DNA of 64,000 bases from an uncultured Acidimicrobiia bacterium. GTDB taxonomy: Bacteria > Actinomycetota > Acidimicrobiia > Spongiisociales > ZC4RG35. How positions within the stretch are numbered: the stretch's first letter is position 1; each line of letters begins with the position of its first letter. Location of the stretch: assembly GCA_963761985.1 (NCBI GenBank), contig CAVXIT010000001.1, forward strand, positions 52,003-116,002. Direction: 5' to 3'. Shown here in pieces: positions 50,494 through 60,402 of this stretch. Under the pieces are notes generated by a model. That model had not been told where the DNA came from and did not search any database. It saw only the letters and a list, made by a program, of their open reading frames with translations. The position numbers were made by a program, and so were the translations under genes.

Positions 50494-51077
50494 GGAGCCC
50501 GAGGCGCGGCTCTAGCCGCCATCCTCTGCCTAACCCGTCTAATCGCCCCGAACAGGGTGACCACCAGCCACACCGCCAGGACCGTCAGAACGCCAACGAC
50601 TATCAGCGCGATGACCGGGTTCGCAACGGCGAGCGCGACAAGTCCAGCAACTATCCCATCCTCCATCAACGACAGGAAGATGTTCGAGAACGGCTCGGGC
50701 GAAGTGTTGACGGCGGCGCGTGTCGTCGCTTTCGCCGAATGCGATGACAACGCCAGCGATCCCGAAATGACCGCCCCGACTATTTGCGATATCGAAGGAG
50801 ATTCGCCCGCCAGCAGGTAGCCGAGCACTCCAGCGCCGAGCGGACGAACGAAAGTGTGTACCGCATCCCAGAGGTTGTCCAGGTAGGGGATCTTGTCGGC
50901 GAAGAATTCGATGCCATAGAGGACACCCGCCCCGATCATCACATCGGTTCGCTCAAGTGCGGCCGGAACCTCAAGCCAGTCGAGTCGCCCGGCGAGGCCG
51001 AGGAGGAAAGTTGCGAGATAAAGGTTGAGACCTGCCGCCCAGCCTGTGCCCGCCAACAACCCGATTGTGTCGACCAT
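50490..51077 (-). CDS. DUF4126-like membrane protein
   Basis: 195 aa polytopic, GIEFFADKIPYLDNLWD motif. Confidence 0.6.
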   Translation of the reverse strand: MVDTIGLLAGTGWAAGLNLYLATFLLGLAGRLDWLEVPAALERTDVMIGAGVLYGIEFFADKIPYLDNLWDAVHTFVRPLGAGVLGYLLAGESPSISQIVGAVISGSLALSSHSAKATTRAAVNTSPEPFSNIFLSLMEDGIVAGLVALAVANPVIALIVVGVLTVLAVWLVVTLFGAIRRVRQRMAARAAPRAP

Positions 51078-51079
51078 CA

Positions 51080-51432
51080 GTCCTTGACGATGTAAAGAGT
51101 GATGCTGATTTTTCCGACCTCACCGTCGCCGATTGCGACTCCGACTGCTGTGTTGAGCCATGCGAGGTCGGCGTTGCCCGTCGCGAAGGTGATCAGCTCG
51201 CGGGATGAGCCTCGGTCGGGCTAGTAACAACCGACACGCCGGTACCTCGATAACTGAGCGTCTCCCGCTTCTCGCCAATGGTCGCTCTGATATCAAGGTC
51301 CATGTTTCCATCACTGCGAACCGTTGCGTAATCGACTCCTCGCACCGGCCTTTCACCTTCCCAGTGGCTCGAGGTGGCCACACCTTCAAAGCCAAAATCG
51401 ATCCGTGTGCCTTGCGGCATGTTGCCGAGCAT
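51080..51432 (-). CDS. small DUF3224-like protein whose C-terminal third is in another frame (-1/+2 shift near 51210-51240)
   Basis: MLGNMPQGTRIDFGFEGVATSSHWEG... continues as ...SSRELITFATGNADLAWLNTAVGVAIGDGEVGKISITLYIVKD* in the third minus frame ending 51080; start uncertain. Confidence 0.4.
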
Positions 51433-51509
51433 TCGGGGAGCGAGTGTCCCTTCGATTCTGCAGAACTCTTCGAGCGTGGCCAATTCTTCGGTCTCCTTTC
51501 GAGAACGAT

Positions 51510-52583
51510 TCAACCTAGGCCGTCGAGAACACTCAAGAAGCGATCGTTCTCCTCGGCGGTGCCGATCGTGACTCTGATCCAATCTTTGAAACCACGAACA
51601 ATGACACCGTGATGTAGCAGTTCCTCGGCAGTTTCTCCTCCGCGCGGACCGAGCATGAAGAGGAAGTTGGTTTGCGAAGGGACGAACTTGATCTCGCGGG
51701 CAAGCAACTCCTTGCCCATCCGCAGTCGCTCAACCTCATTTGTTCGTTGCCGGGCCCAGATGCGCTCGGGATGTTGGAGCGAAGCAATCGCCGCCGCCTG
51801 GCCCAATGATCCAACCGTGAACGGTGCCTGCGCTCGCCGCAGGTCGAGGAGAGTGTCCGGTTGGCCGACGGCAAATCCGACTCGAAGCCCCGCGAGACCA
51901 AAGATCTTCGAGAAGGTGCGGGTAACAACGACATTGGGCCGAGCCAGGGCGGCAGGGATGGCGCTGCGATAGTCGGGCGCAGTTACGTACTCGAAATAGG
52001 CTTCATCGACCACCACCAGCACCCGTTCGGGGACACCGTTGATCACGTAGTCGACCGCGTCACCGCTGAGATAGGTACCGGTGGGGTTGTTGGGATTGCA
52101 TAGAAAGAGCAACGTCGAATCGGGACGAACTGCCGCGACCAACGCCTCGGGATCGAGGCCCATTTCCCCGGTCAGCGGCACTTCGATCAAGGCGCTCCCG
52201 GCGAGCGTCGGGGCCAGTCGGTAGATCACGAATGAGGGCCACGGGTACACCGTGCTCGTGCCTGAGCCGGCGACGGCGAGGGAGAAGACGCGGAGCAACT
52301 CCGAGCTGCCCCCGGCAAACATGAGGTGGTCGGCGTCGACCGAGAGCCAGCTGCCGACGGCGTCAGCCAAGTCACCCCAACCATTGTCCGGGTAACGATT
52401 GACCGACACGGCCGCTTCGGCGATCGCCGCCAGCGCTTCGGGAAATGGCGGCTCGGGGCTTTCGTTCGACGCAAGCTTTATGACAGCATCGGGCGAGAAT
52501 CCGTATTCCCGCGCAACTTCGTCGATCGGCCGCCCCGCTTCGTAAGGAGAGAGCCGACTCACCTCCGGGCGAATTGCAGGCAT
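51510..52583 (-). CDS. histidinol-phosphate/aromatic aminotransferase (class I/II, HisC family)
   Basis: LASNESPEPPFP N-terminal motif, PLP-lysine region FSKIFGLAGLRVG. Confidence 0.8.
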   Translation of the reverse strand: MPAIRPEVSRLSPYEAGRPIDEVAREYGFSPDAVIKLASNESPEPPFPEALAAIAEAAVSVNRYPDNGWGDLADAVGSWLSVDADHLMFAGGSSELLRVFSLAVAGSGTSTVYPWPSFVIYRLAPTLAGSALIEVPLTGEMGLDPEALVAAVRPDSTLLFLCNPNNPTGTYLSGDAVDYVINGVPERVLVVVDEAYFEYVTAPDYRSAIPAALARPNVVVTRTFSKIFGLAGLRVGFAVGQPDTLLDLRRAQAPFTVGSLGQAAAIASLQHPERIWARQRTNEVERLRMGKELLAREIKFVPSQTNFLFMLGPRGGETAEELLHHGVIVRGFKDWIRVTIGTAEENDRFLSVLDGLG

Positions 52584-52605
52584 CGCCGATGAGGCTACCC
52601 CGGGA

Positions 52606-54720
52606 ATGTGGCAGACTCGAACGAGCTTGGAGAGCGACTACCCCACCTTTCAGCTGCTGTCACAAGCCGGCGATCTAACTTCCGAGAGCGCCCTTTCTGG
52701 GCTCGACTTCTCGGAGTCACTCACCGCGGAGATGTACCGCTTGATGGTGCTCTCACGGGAATTCGATCGGAAGATGCTTTCGCTGCAGCGGCAAGGGCGC
52801 ATCGGAACCTATCCGATGCTCGAGGGTCAAGAGGCGGTGCAAATCGGGTCGGCGCTTGCGCTGGCCGAGAACGACTTCGTCTTTCCTTCGTATCGGGAAC
52901 ATGGCGTGCAACTCGCGCGAGGAGTCCCCATCGATGTCGTGATGTCCTACTGGCGCGGGCTGCCCAACCAGGACTGGGATGTCCTCAAATACCGGATGGG
53001 CATCACCGCGGTTCCGATTGCCAGCCAGCTGCCCCACGCCGTGGGTTACTCCTACGTCACCAAGCTGCGTGGCGACGATTCAGTCGCTGTTGCCTATTTC
53101 GGCGACGGCGCCACCTCCGAGGTCGACTTCCACTCCGGCCTGAACTTCGCCGGCGTGTGGCGAACGCCCACGGTGTTCATCTGCGCCAACAACCTCTACG
53201 CGATTTCGGTGCCCTACGAGAAGCAAACGGCATCAGCAACCATTGCCCAAAAGGCGGTCGCCTATGGATTCCCGGGGGTGCGGGTCGACGGGATGGATGT
53301 GCTGGCGATGTACCAGGTGACCCGGGAGGCACTGGATCGGGCCCGACGCGGCGAGGGACCCACACTGATCGAGGCGATGACCTATCGCTACGGCGCCCAC
53401 GCCACCGCCGACGATGCCCGACGATATCGCAGCGCCGACGAAGAGCAGACGTGGCGAAAACGCGATCCGATCGAGCGCCTGCGCCACTTCCTCGAAAAGG
53501 AAGGACGCTGGGACGAGCAGGCCGGGGAGAAAGTGGCACGAGAAGTTGCCGAGCTGGTGGAAGCGGCTATCACCGACATCGAAGCGCGGCCTCTCCCGCC
53601 ACGAGCCGATGCGATTCGACACGCCTACCACCGGATTCTCCCCAGCCTGATCGAACAGCTGAATCGCGCCGAAGAAGCCAGCTCTGAGCCTCGCTCCGAG
53701 TTTCGCCCCGATGAGATCTGGAGGGTCGAGGCGGCCATCGAACCAAACGGCCCGACCGAAGCGATGACGATGGCCGATGCCATCAACGCGGCCTTGCGCC
53801 AGGCGATGGAATCGGACCCCGAAACGATCGTCCTCGGTGAGGACGTTGGCATCTCGGGTGGCGTGTTCCGCATAACCGAGGGACTGCAACAGGCGTTTGG
53901 GGAAGACCGGGTGATCGATACCCCCCTGAACGAGTCTGGGATTGTCGGAACTGCGATCGGTATGTCGATGGCTGGAGCCCGCCCCGTGGCGGAAATCCAG
54001 TTCGACGGTTTTGTCTACCCAGCCTTCGATCAGATCGTTTCGCATCTGGGGCGTTTCCGTTTTCGGACCCGGGGCCACCTGCCGGTGCCGGTCGTCGTTC
54101 GATTTCCCAACGGCGCCGGGATTGGCGCCCACGAACATCATTGCGACTCACCCGAGGCCTATTTCGTCCATGCGCCGGGTCTGGTAGTCGTCTGCCCTTC
54201 GACTCCATATGACGCCAAAGGACTGCTGGCCGCCGCTTTGGCCAGTCCGGATCCGGTGATCTTCCTCGAGCCCAAGGTTCTCTACCGGGCGACCCGCGAC
54301 CAGGTTCCCACCGAGCACTATGAGATCCCGCTTGGTTCGGCGCGAGTGCGCCAGGAAGGCGACGAACTGACCCTGGTCACCTACGGCGGAATGGTGCCGC
54401 CGGCCCTGCGGGCTGCTCAGGAATCAGGCTCTTCGGTTGAAGTGATCGATCTCCGCACACTCTTTCCCTGGGATCGCGAGGCCGTGATCGCGTCCGTGGA
54501 GAAGACGGGCCGACTGCTCCTGGTCCAGGAGCCGCAAGGAGCCGCCGGGGTCGCAGCCGAGGTTGCGGCAGTGATCGCGGAGCGCTGTCTCTTTTCGCTC
54601 CAGGCACCCATCGTTCGATTGACCGGCTTCGATGCTCCCTGGCCCCAGTTCGCGATCGAGAAGCATGCTTTGATCGATCAGCGCCGCATCGGAGCCGCTA
54701 TCGAACAGGCTCTCGGGTAA
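52606..54720 (+). CDS. fused 2-oxo acid dehydrogenase E1 component (alpha and beta subunits in one polypeptide)
   Basis: TPP motif GDGATSEVDFH...ICANNLYAIS (E1 alpha) followed by E1 beta transketolase-like region (GEDVG..GGVFRITEGL, EIQFDGF). Confidence 0.85.
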   Translation: MWQTRTSLESDYPTFQLLSQAGDLTSESALSGLDFSESLTAEMYRLMVLSREFDRKMLSLQRQGRIGTYPMLEGQEAVQIGSALALAENDFVFPSYREHGVQLARGVPIDVVMSYWRGLPNQDWDVLKYRMGITAVPIASQLPHAVGYSYVTKLRGDDSVAVAYFGDGATSEVDFHSGLNFAGVWRTPTVFICANNLYAISVPYEKQTASATIAQKAVAYGFPGVRVDGMDVLAMYQVTREALDRARRGEGPTLIEAMTYRYGAHATADDARRYRSADEEQTWRKRDPIERLRHFLEKEGRWDEQAGEKVAREVAELVEAAITDIEARPLPPRADAIRHAYHRILPSLIEQLNRAEEASSEPRSEFRPDEIWRVEAAIEPNGPTEAMTMADAINAALRQAMESDPETIVLGEDVGISGGVFRITEGLQQAFGEDRVIDTPLNESGIVGTAIGMSMAGARPVAEIQFDGFVYPAFDQIVSHLGRFRFRTRGHLPVPVVVRFPNGAGIGAHEHHCDSPEAYFVHAPGLVVVCPSTPYDAKGLLAAALASPDPVIFLEPKVLYRATRDQVPTEHYEIPLGSARVRQEGDELTLVTYGGMVPPALRAAQESGSSVEVIDLRTLFPWDREAVIASVEKTGRLLLVQEPQGAAGVAAEVAAVIAERCLFSLQAPIVRLTGFDAPWPQFAIEKHALIDQRRIGAAIEQALG

Positions 54721-54992
54721 GAAAGAAATAGTCCTGGTTTTGCCACTCTCTATCGGTCTAGCCTCGCTCCATGGCGAGAAGTCCACGTCACGCGACTACC
54801 CGATGGCGAGACCAGGCGTCGTGCCGGCGCGGCGAGCATCGCTACGGCCTGGCGACCGAGGCAGGCGGCGGGATCGTTCGTCGGATCTGTCTGGCTTGTG
54901 GCACCTTGAGCATCGACCTGACCGGGGTCGAGCCAACTCGCACCGACGGCTTCCAAAACAACCACGACGGCCTCAAGCGCTAGCTGATCGCC

Positions 54993-55859
54993 TTGGCTGA
55001 CATCGTCGCCGCGGGCGGCGCCGTGATCCGAAAGGGCGCCGACGGCCCTGAGGTTCTCATCATCCACCGTGCCCGCTACGACGATTGGACTTTGCCCAAG
55101 GGTAAGGCGGACAACGCGGAATCGATCGAAGCCACCGCATTGCGAGAGGTCGAGGAAGAGTCCGGAGTGCAGCCGCGAATCGTCGGCGAGCTCGGCAAGA
55201 GCCAGTATCCCCATGAGAACGAGAACAAGGTCGTGCACTGGTTCTCCATGCGAGAAGTCAGGTCGACTCCATTCCAACCAAACGATGAGGTCGATGAACT
55301 CCGATGGTTGTCAATCGAGGAAGCGCGCAAACTTCTCACCTACAAGCAGGACCGCACCGTGCTCAAGTCGGTCAACCCGAATGAAATCCTCACCACCGGT
55401 ACGCTGATGCTGGTACGGCACGGGGCCGCGGGCAGTCGGTCGGAGTGGTCCGGTGACGATGCCTTGCGGCCCCTTAGCCGCCGGGGGCAGCGTCAGGCCG
55501 AAGCGCTAGCCGAAGCTTTCGCCGACCGAGAAATCGAGCGGATCCTGACCAGTCCCTTCTTGCGATGCCGGCAGACAGTCGAACCCCTGGCTTCTTCGCT
55601 AGGCATCAAGATCGAGGAACGGGACGAGCTCGCGGAAGGCATGGGGCATCGCCCGGCGCGTGATCTTTGTCGCGAACTGGCCGGCACCAATGCGGTGCTC
55701 TGCTCGCATGGAGACGTGATCCCCGCCGTTCTCGATTGGATGGTCAGACACGGCACCAGCCTCAAGTCCGGATTCGACTGCAAGAAAGGCTCCACCTGGG
55801 AGATCGGGGTCAAAGCCGGCGAGTTTCACCAGGCTCACTACCTCCCTCCGCCTCTCTAA
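54993..55859 (+). CDS. NUDIX hydrolase fused to histidine-phosphatase (SixA/PGAM-like) domain
   Basis: NUDIX box GKADNAESIEATALREVEEESGV; C-terminal LVRHGAAGSRSEW RHG motif. Confidence 0.8.
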   Translation: MADIVAAGGAVIRKGADGPEVLIIHRARYDDWTLPKGKADNAESIEATALREVEEESGVQPRIVGELGKSQYPHENENKVVHWFSMREVRSTPFQPNDEVDELRWLSIEEARKLLTYKQDRTVLKSVNPNEILTTGTLMLVRHGAAGSRSEWSGDDALRPLSRRGQRQAEALAEAFADREIERILTSPFLRCRQTVEPLASSLGIKIEERDELAEGMGHRPARDLCRELAGTNAVLCSHGDVIPAVLDWMVRHGTSLKSGFDCKKGSTWEIGVKAGEFHQAHYLPPPL

Positions 55860-58800
55860 CCCTCGATCGCCTTCTTGATGAGGGCTTCTTGTTCCTGATG
55901 ATGAACCTTGTTTGAGCCGCTGGCAGGAGAGGCGGCGGCGGACCGACCTGAGTAAACCGGATCGCGTCCGAAAATCTCCCCTAGATGCGGGGCGAGAAAT
56001 CGGTACGCTCCCATGTTCTCGGGTTCTTCCTGACACCAGACGAGTTCGGCGCCGGGGCTTCGCTCCGCCACCTCGGACAAACGGTTCTCCTCGACGGGAT
56101 ATAGCTGGGCGACACGCACCAGGGCGACATCGTTCGCTTCGACCGCCGCCCGATGCTTGGCCAGATCGTGATAGACCTTGCCCGAGCACAGCACAATCCG
56201 ACGTGCGCCGTTCGACGCCACGCCGTCTTCGAGGATCGGTTCGAACCGTCCGTTGACCAGCACCTCGGCGGTCGCAAACGATTCCTTGGTCCGGAGCAGC
56301 GACTTGGGGGTGAAGACGATCAGGGGCTTGCGCGGTCGCAACATCGCTTGCCGTCGCAGCAGGTGGAAGTATTGGCCGCTGGTCGAGGGGACGATGACCC
56401 GCATGTTCTCGTGAGCGCAGAGCTCGAGGAAGCGTTCGATACGAGCTGACGAATGTTCCGGTCCTTGTCCCTCGTAACCGTGGGGAAGGAGAAGCGTGAG
56501 ACCCGACTGTTGACCCCATTTGGCCTCGCCAGCCGCCATGAATTGGTCGATGATCACTTGAGCACCATTGGTGAAGTCGCCGAACTGCGCTTCCCAGGCC
56601 ACAAATGCCTCCGACCACTCGACGGAGTATCCGTACTCGAAACCCACCGCGGCGAACTCGGAGAGAAGCGAGTCGACGATTCGGACCCGGGTAACGCCGG
56701 CGGTCAGCAGTTGGAGCGGCGTCCACTCGGAGCCCGTATCGAACGAAGTGAGCTCGGCATGTCGATGACTGAAGGTGCCCCGGCGCGAATCCTCTCCGGA
56801 CAACCGCACGGGAATGCCATCTTGCGCCAACGACCCGATTGCCAGCGCCTCGGCCGTTCCCCAGTCGAAGGCATCGGCTTCGAAGGCGCCTGCCCGATCG
56901 GCGACGACCTTTTGCAGTTTGGGATGAACGACGAAATCAGGCGGCGGAGTGGTGATGTACGAGAGGATGTGCTTGAGCCGTTCCGCCGGTACACGTGTTT
57001 CCGGTTCTTCGTTGCTCATTGGCTGCAGGGGGCTCGGGCGAACGGCTGGAGCCGAGTTGCGAGTCTCGGCGAAGGCATGGTCGAGAATCTCGGAGAACTC
57101 CGCCATGATCCGCTCCCCGTCCTCCACTGAGATGTCGCCGGTGCTCACCAGCCTCTCCATATATAGGTGACGGACCGGGCGCTTCTCGTCGATGAGCTTG
57201 TACATCAGCGGCTGGGTGTAAGAAGGCTCGTCACCTTCGTTGTGACCGCGTCGCCGGTAGCAGATCATGTCGATGACCACGTCGCGGTTGAACGCCTGGC
57301 GGAAGGCAAAAGCGAAGCGGGCCACACGAACGACCGACTCGGGGTCATCGCCGTTTACGTGGATGATGGGAGCGGCGACGATTTTGGCGACATCGGTGGC
57401 ATAGAAGCTCGACCGGGCATCGAGAGTCGAGGTCGTGAAGCCAACCTGGTTGTTGATCACGATGTGGACGGTGCCGCCGGTCCGGTAGCCGCGCAGTTGG
57501 GAAAGGTTGAACACCTCGGCCACGACGCCTTGCCCGGCGAAGGCGGCGTCGCCATGGAGCAAGATCGGGAGCACCTGGGTGTGCCCCTGGGGACCTCTTT
57601 TCTCCTGCTTGGCGCGCACCACTCCTTCGAGAACCGGATCGACCGCTTCGAGATGGCTCGGGTTGGCGACCAATTGCGCACCGATCATCGACCCGTCGGC
57701 GGTCTCGTACTTGCCGCTAAAACCGAGGTGATATTTGACGTCGCCCGATCCCCCGGTGGTGTCCGGATCGAGGTCGCCTTCGAATTCGCGGAAGATCTTG
57801 GCGTAGCTCTTGCCGATCACGTTGGTGAGGATGTTGAGCCGCCCGCGATGCGCCATCCCGATCACGACTTCTTCCATGCCGTCGAGGGCAGCCGCCGACA
57901 GCAGCGAATCGAGCATCGGAATCACAGACTCCGAGCCCTCGAGACCAAAGCGCTTGTGCCCGACGTACTTGGTGTGGAGAAAACGCTCGAATGCCTCGGC
58001 CTGATTGAGCTTGCGGAGGATTCTGATCTTCTCGTCGTGGCTCAATTCGACCCGAGGTACCTCCACGCGATCCTGAATCCAGCGCTTCTGCTCGGTCTCT
58101 TGCATATGCATGAACTCGATCCCGGCGGTGCGGCAATAGGCATCCCGCAAACGAGAGAGGATCTGCCCGAGGGTCATGATCTGAGTCCCCGCCAAACCCC
58201 CGGTGGCGAATTGGCGATCGAGGTCCCAGATCGTCAATCCATAGAAAAGAGGGTCAAGCTCGGCGTAGAGGGTCGGAGCCTTCTGCCGGAGAGGGTCTAG
58301 GTCCGCGATCAGGTGGCCGCGTACGCGGAAGGCATTGATGAGGCGGAACACATTCGCTTGCTTCTCCGCCCAGTGAGGACTCCCCGCGGGAGGGTTGTCG
58401 TCGATGGCCCAGCGCGCCGGCGTATAGGGGATGCCGAGAGCGGCGAACACCTCGTCATAGAAGTCTCCCTCGCCGAGCAGGAGCTCATGGACGCGTGCCA
58501 GCAGTTCGCCCGATTGTGCACCCTGGATAACCCGATGGTCGTAGGTCGAGGTCAAAGTCACGATGCGACCGATGCCCTGGCTGGCAATGAAGGCGGCATC
58601 GGATCCCTGATATTCAGGTGGGTACTGGATGGCGCCGACACCGACGATCACGCCCTGGTCGGGCATCAGCCGGGGAACGCTCTGCACCGTTCCGATCGTG
58701 CCGGGATTGGTGAGAGTGACTGTGGTCCCGGCGAAATCGTCGGGGCTGAGGCGATTGTTGCGAGCCTTCCCGACCAGCTCCTCGTATTTCTGCCAGAACG

Positions 58801-59452
58801 CTCGAAAGTCGAGGGTGTCGGCCTCTTTGATGTTCGGTACCACCAGCCCCCTTGACCCATCTTTTCGCTCGAGGTCGATGGCCAGGCCCAAGTTGACATG
58901 CGGATAGCGGACCACGTGAGGCTTGCCGTCGATCTCGGCGAAAGCGACATTGAGATGAGGAAGCTCTTTGAATGCTCGCGCAATCGCATAACCGATCAAG
59001 TGGGTGAAGCTGACCTTCCCGCCTTCAGTCAGCCGCTTGAGCTGGTTGTTGAGGATCAGCCGGTTGACTTCGAGCAATTTGGCCGGGACCGTCCGCACCG
59101 AGGTGGCGGTGGGAATCTCCCGGCTCGCCTCCATCCGCTCGACCACAATCGCAGCCGGCCCGCGTAACACGGTCGCGTCACGGAATGTTTGCGCCTTCGG
59201 TGCGACTTTGATCGGCGGATCGGCCTCGACCGGCGAATCGGCCTTCTTCGGCGGAACAGCTTGGGGCGGTGCGGCTGCCGGAGTCGGGGCTGGCGCAGGA
59301 GTCGGTTCGGCAACGGCGGGACTGTCGCCGTTGAAGTAGGACCTCCAGGTCTCACTCACCGAGAGGGGGTCGTCGAGCCACCGCTCTCGCATGTCTTCGA
59401 GGATCCAAGCGTTTGACCCGAAGTCAGAAGGGGTGTCTTGATCGTTGGCCAC
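55856..59452 (-). CDS. kgd: multifunctional 2-oxoglutarate dehydrogenase/decarboxylase E1 with N-terminal E2-like segment (Kgd/SucA, actinobacterial type)
   Basis: 1198 aa, Pro/Ala linker, acyltransferase-like segment then OGDH E1 TPP region. Confidence 0.9.
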   Translation of the reverse strand: MANDQDTPSDFGSNAWILEDMRERWLDDPLSVSETWRSYFNGDSPAVAEPTPAPAPTPAAAPPQAVPPKKADSPVEADPPIKVAPKAQTFRDATVLRGPAAIVVERMEASREIPTATSVRTVPAKLLEVNRLILNNQLKRLTEGGKVSFTHLIGYAIARAFKELPHLNVAFAEIDGKPHVVRYPHVNLGLAIDLERKDGSRGLVVPNIKEADTLDFRAFWQKYEELVGKARNNRLSPDDFAGTTVTLTNPGTIGTVQSVPRLMPDQGVIVGVGAIQYPPEYQGSDAAFIASQGIGRIVTLTSTYDHRVIQGAQSGELLARVHELLLGEGDFYDEVFAALGIPYTPARWAIDDNPPAGSPHWAEKQANVFRLINAFRVRGHLIADLDPLRQKAPTLYAELDPLFYGLTIWDLDRQFATGGLAGTQIMTLGQILSRLRDAYCRTAGIEFMHMQETEQKRWIQDRVEVPRVELSHDEKIRILRKLNQAEAFERFLHTKYVGHKRFGLEGSESVIPMLDSLLSAAALDGMEEVVIGMAHRGRLNILTNVIGKSYAKIFREFEGDLDPDTTGGSGDVKYHLGFSGKYETADGSMIGAQLVANPSHLEAVDPVLEGVVRAKQEKRGPQGHTQVLPILLHGDAAFAGQGVVAEVFNLSQLRGYRTGGTVHIVINNQVGFTTSTLDARSSFYATDVAKIVAAPIIHVNGDDPESVVRVARFAFAFRQAFNRDVVIDMICYRRRGHNEGDEPSYTQPLMYKLIDEKRPVRHLYMERLVSTGDISVEDGERIMAEFSEILDHAFAETRNSAPAVRPSPLQPMSNEEPETRVPAERLKHILSYITTPPPDFVVHPKLQKVVADRAGAFEADAFDWGTAEALAIGSLAQDGIPVRLSGEDSRRGTFSHRHAELTSFDTGSEWTPLQLLTAGVTRVRIVDSLLSEFAAVGFEYGYSVEWSEAFVAWEAQFGDFTNGAQVIIDQFMAAGEAKWGQQSGLTLLLPHGYEGQGPEHSSARIERFLELCAHENMRVIVPSTSGQYFHLLRRQAMLRPRKPLIVFTPKSLLRTKESFATAEVLVNGRFEPILEDGVASNGARRIVLCSGKVYHDLAKHRAAVEANDVALVRVAQLYPVEENRLSEVAERSPGAELVWCQEEPENMGAYRFLAPHLGEIFGRDPVYSGRSAAASPASGSNKVHHQEQEALIKKAIEG

Positions 59453-59460
59453 CGAGGTTG

Positions 59461-60402
59461 ATGGTAGGTGGAAGAATCAAGATTCTGACCTCCGTATCTC
59501 ATCCCGAAAAGGTCCTCTTCCCCGACAGCGGGGTGACCAAAGGCGAAGTCGTCGGCTATTACGAATACGTGTCCGAGCGACTTTTACCTCACTTGATCGA
59601 CCGCCCGCTGACCCTCCAGAGGTTCCCGCAAGGCATCGGCAAACCGGGGTTCATGCAGAAGAACGCCGGCAAGGGTTTCCCACCGTTCATCGATCGCCTC
59701 GAGCTCCCCAAACAAGGCGGAACGGTCGAGTTCCCGGTCATCCACGACCTTGCCGGTCTGAGCTATCTCGCCAACCAGAACACGATCACATTCCATATCC
59801 CCGGGTTTCGAACCAACGACCTCGAACACCCCGACCGGCTGGTGTTCGACCTCGACCCTGAGGCGGGCGACGTCGCCGGCGCTCGTTTAGCTGCCCGGGC
59901 GACAGCCGACTTGCTCGAGTCTTTCGAAGTCCCATCCTGGGTGATGACATCCGGATCGAAAGGCTTTCACGTCGTCACCCCGCTGGCTGCCACCGTTTCC
60001 TTCGAGGACATCGGCCGATTCTCGCAAACCCTGGCGGTCATGTTGGCGCAAGCCCATGCCGAGCAGCTCACCGTCGAATTCTTGAAGAAGGAACGGAAGG
60101 GTCGGGTCTTCATCGACTGGATGCGCAACCACTTCGGTTCCACGGGGGTCGCGCCCTACTCGCTGCGGCCGCTGCCAGGTGCTCCCATCGCCATGCCGAT
60201 CTCCTGGAGCGCGCTGTCCAAAACCGAACCCGGCGCCTTTGAGCTCAGCTCGTTCACCCTATCTGACGACCCTTGGGCGGATGCCGAGCGATTTGATCTG
60301 CGGAAGGCGATCGAATTGGCAGACCAAGTCGTAGCCGAGCAAGGCATCAAGCTCCCAGACTTCGATCGCTTTGGACGCGACCTCGAGAAGGACAAGCAAT
60401 GA
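59461..60402 (+). CDS. stand-alone LigD polymerase/primase domain protein (NHEJ PolDom)
   Basis: SGSKGFHVV, FIDWMRN motifs; no ligase or Ku seen in the window. Confidence 0.75.
   Translation: MVGGRIKILTSVSHPEKVLFPDSGVTKGEVVGYYEYVSERLLPHLIDRPLTLQRFPQGIGKPGFMQKNAGKGFPPFIDRLELPKQGGTVEFPVIHDLAGLSYLANQNTITFHIPGFRTNDLEHPDRLVFDLDPEAGDVAGARLAARATADLLESFEVPSWVMTSGSKGFHVVTPLAATVSFEDIGRFSQTLAVMLAQAHAEQLTVEFLKKERKGRVFIDWMRNHFGSTGVAPYSLRPLPGAPIAMPISWSALSKTEPGAFELSSFTLSDDPWADAERFDLRKAIELADQVVAEQGIKLPDFDRFGRDLEKDKQ

Noticed and set aside
53233-54141. 302-aa minus-strand ORF
   Set aside because: It is antisense to the fused E1 gene, which has unambiguous motifs.
54771-54983. 70-aa ORF as a confident small-protein gene
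   Set aside because: Its N-terminal half is Arg-rich off-frame-like. Only the C-terminal CxxC segment looks protein-like, so it is kept as a low-interest finding and not annotated as a feature.
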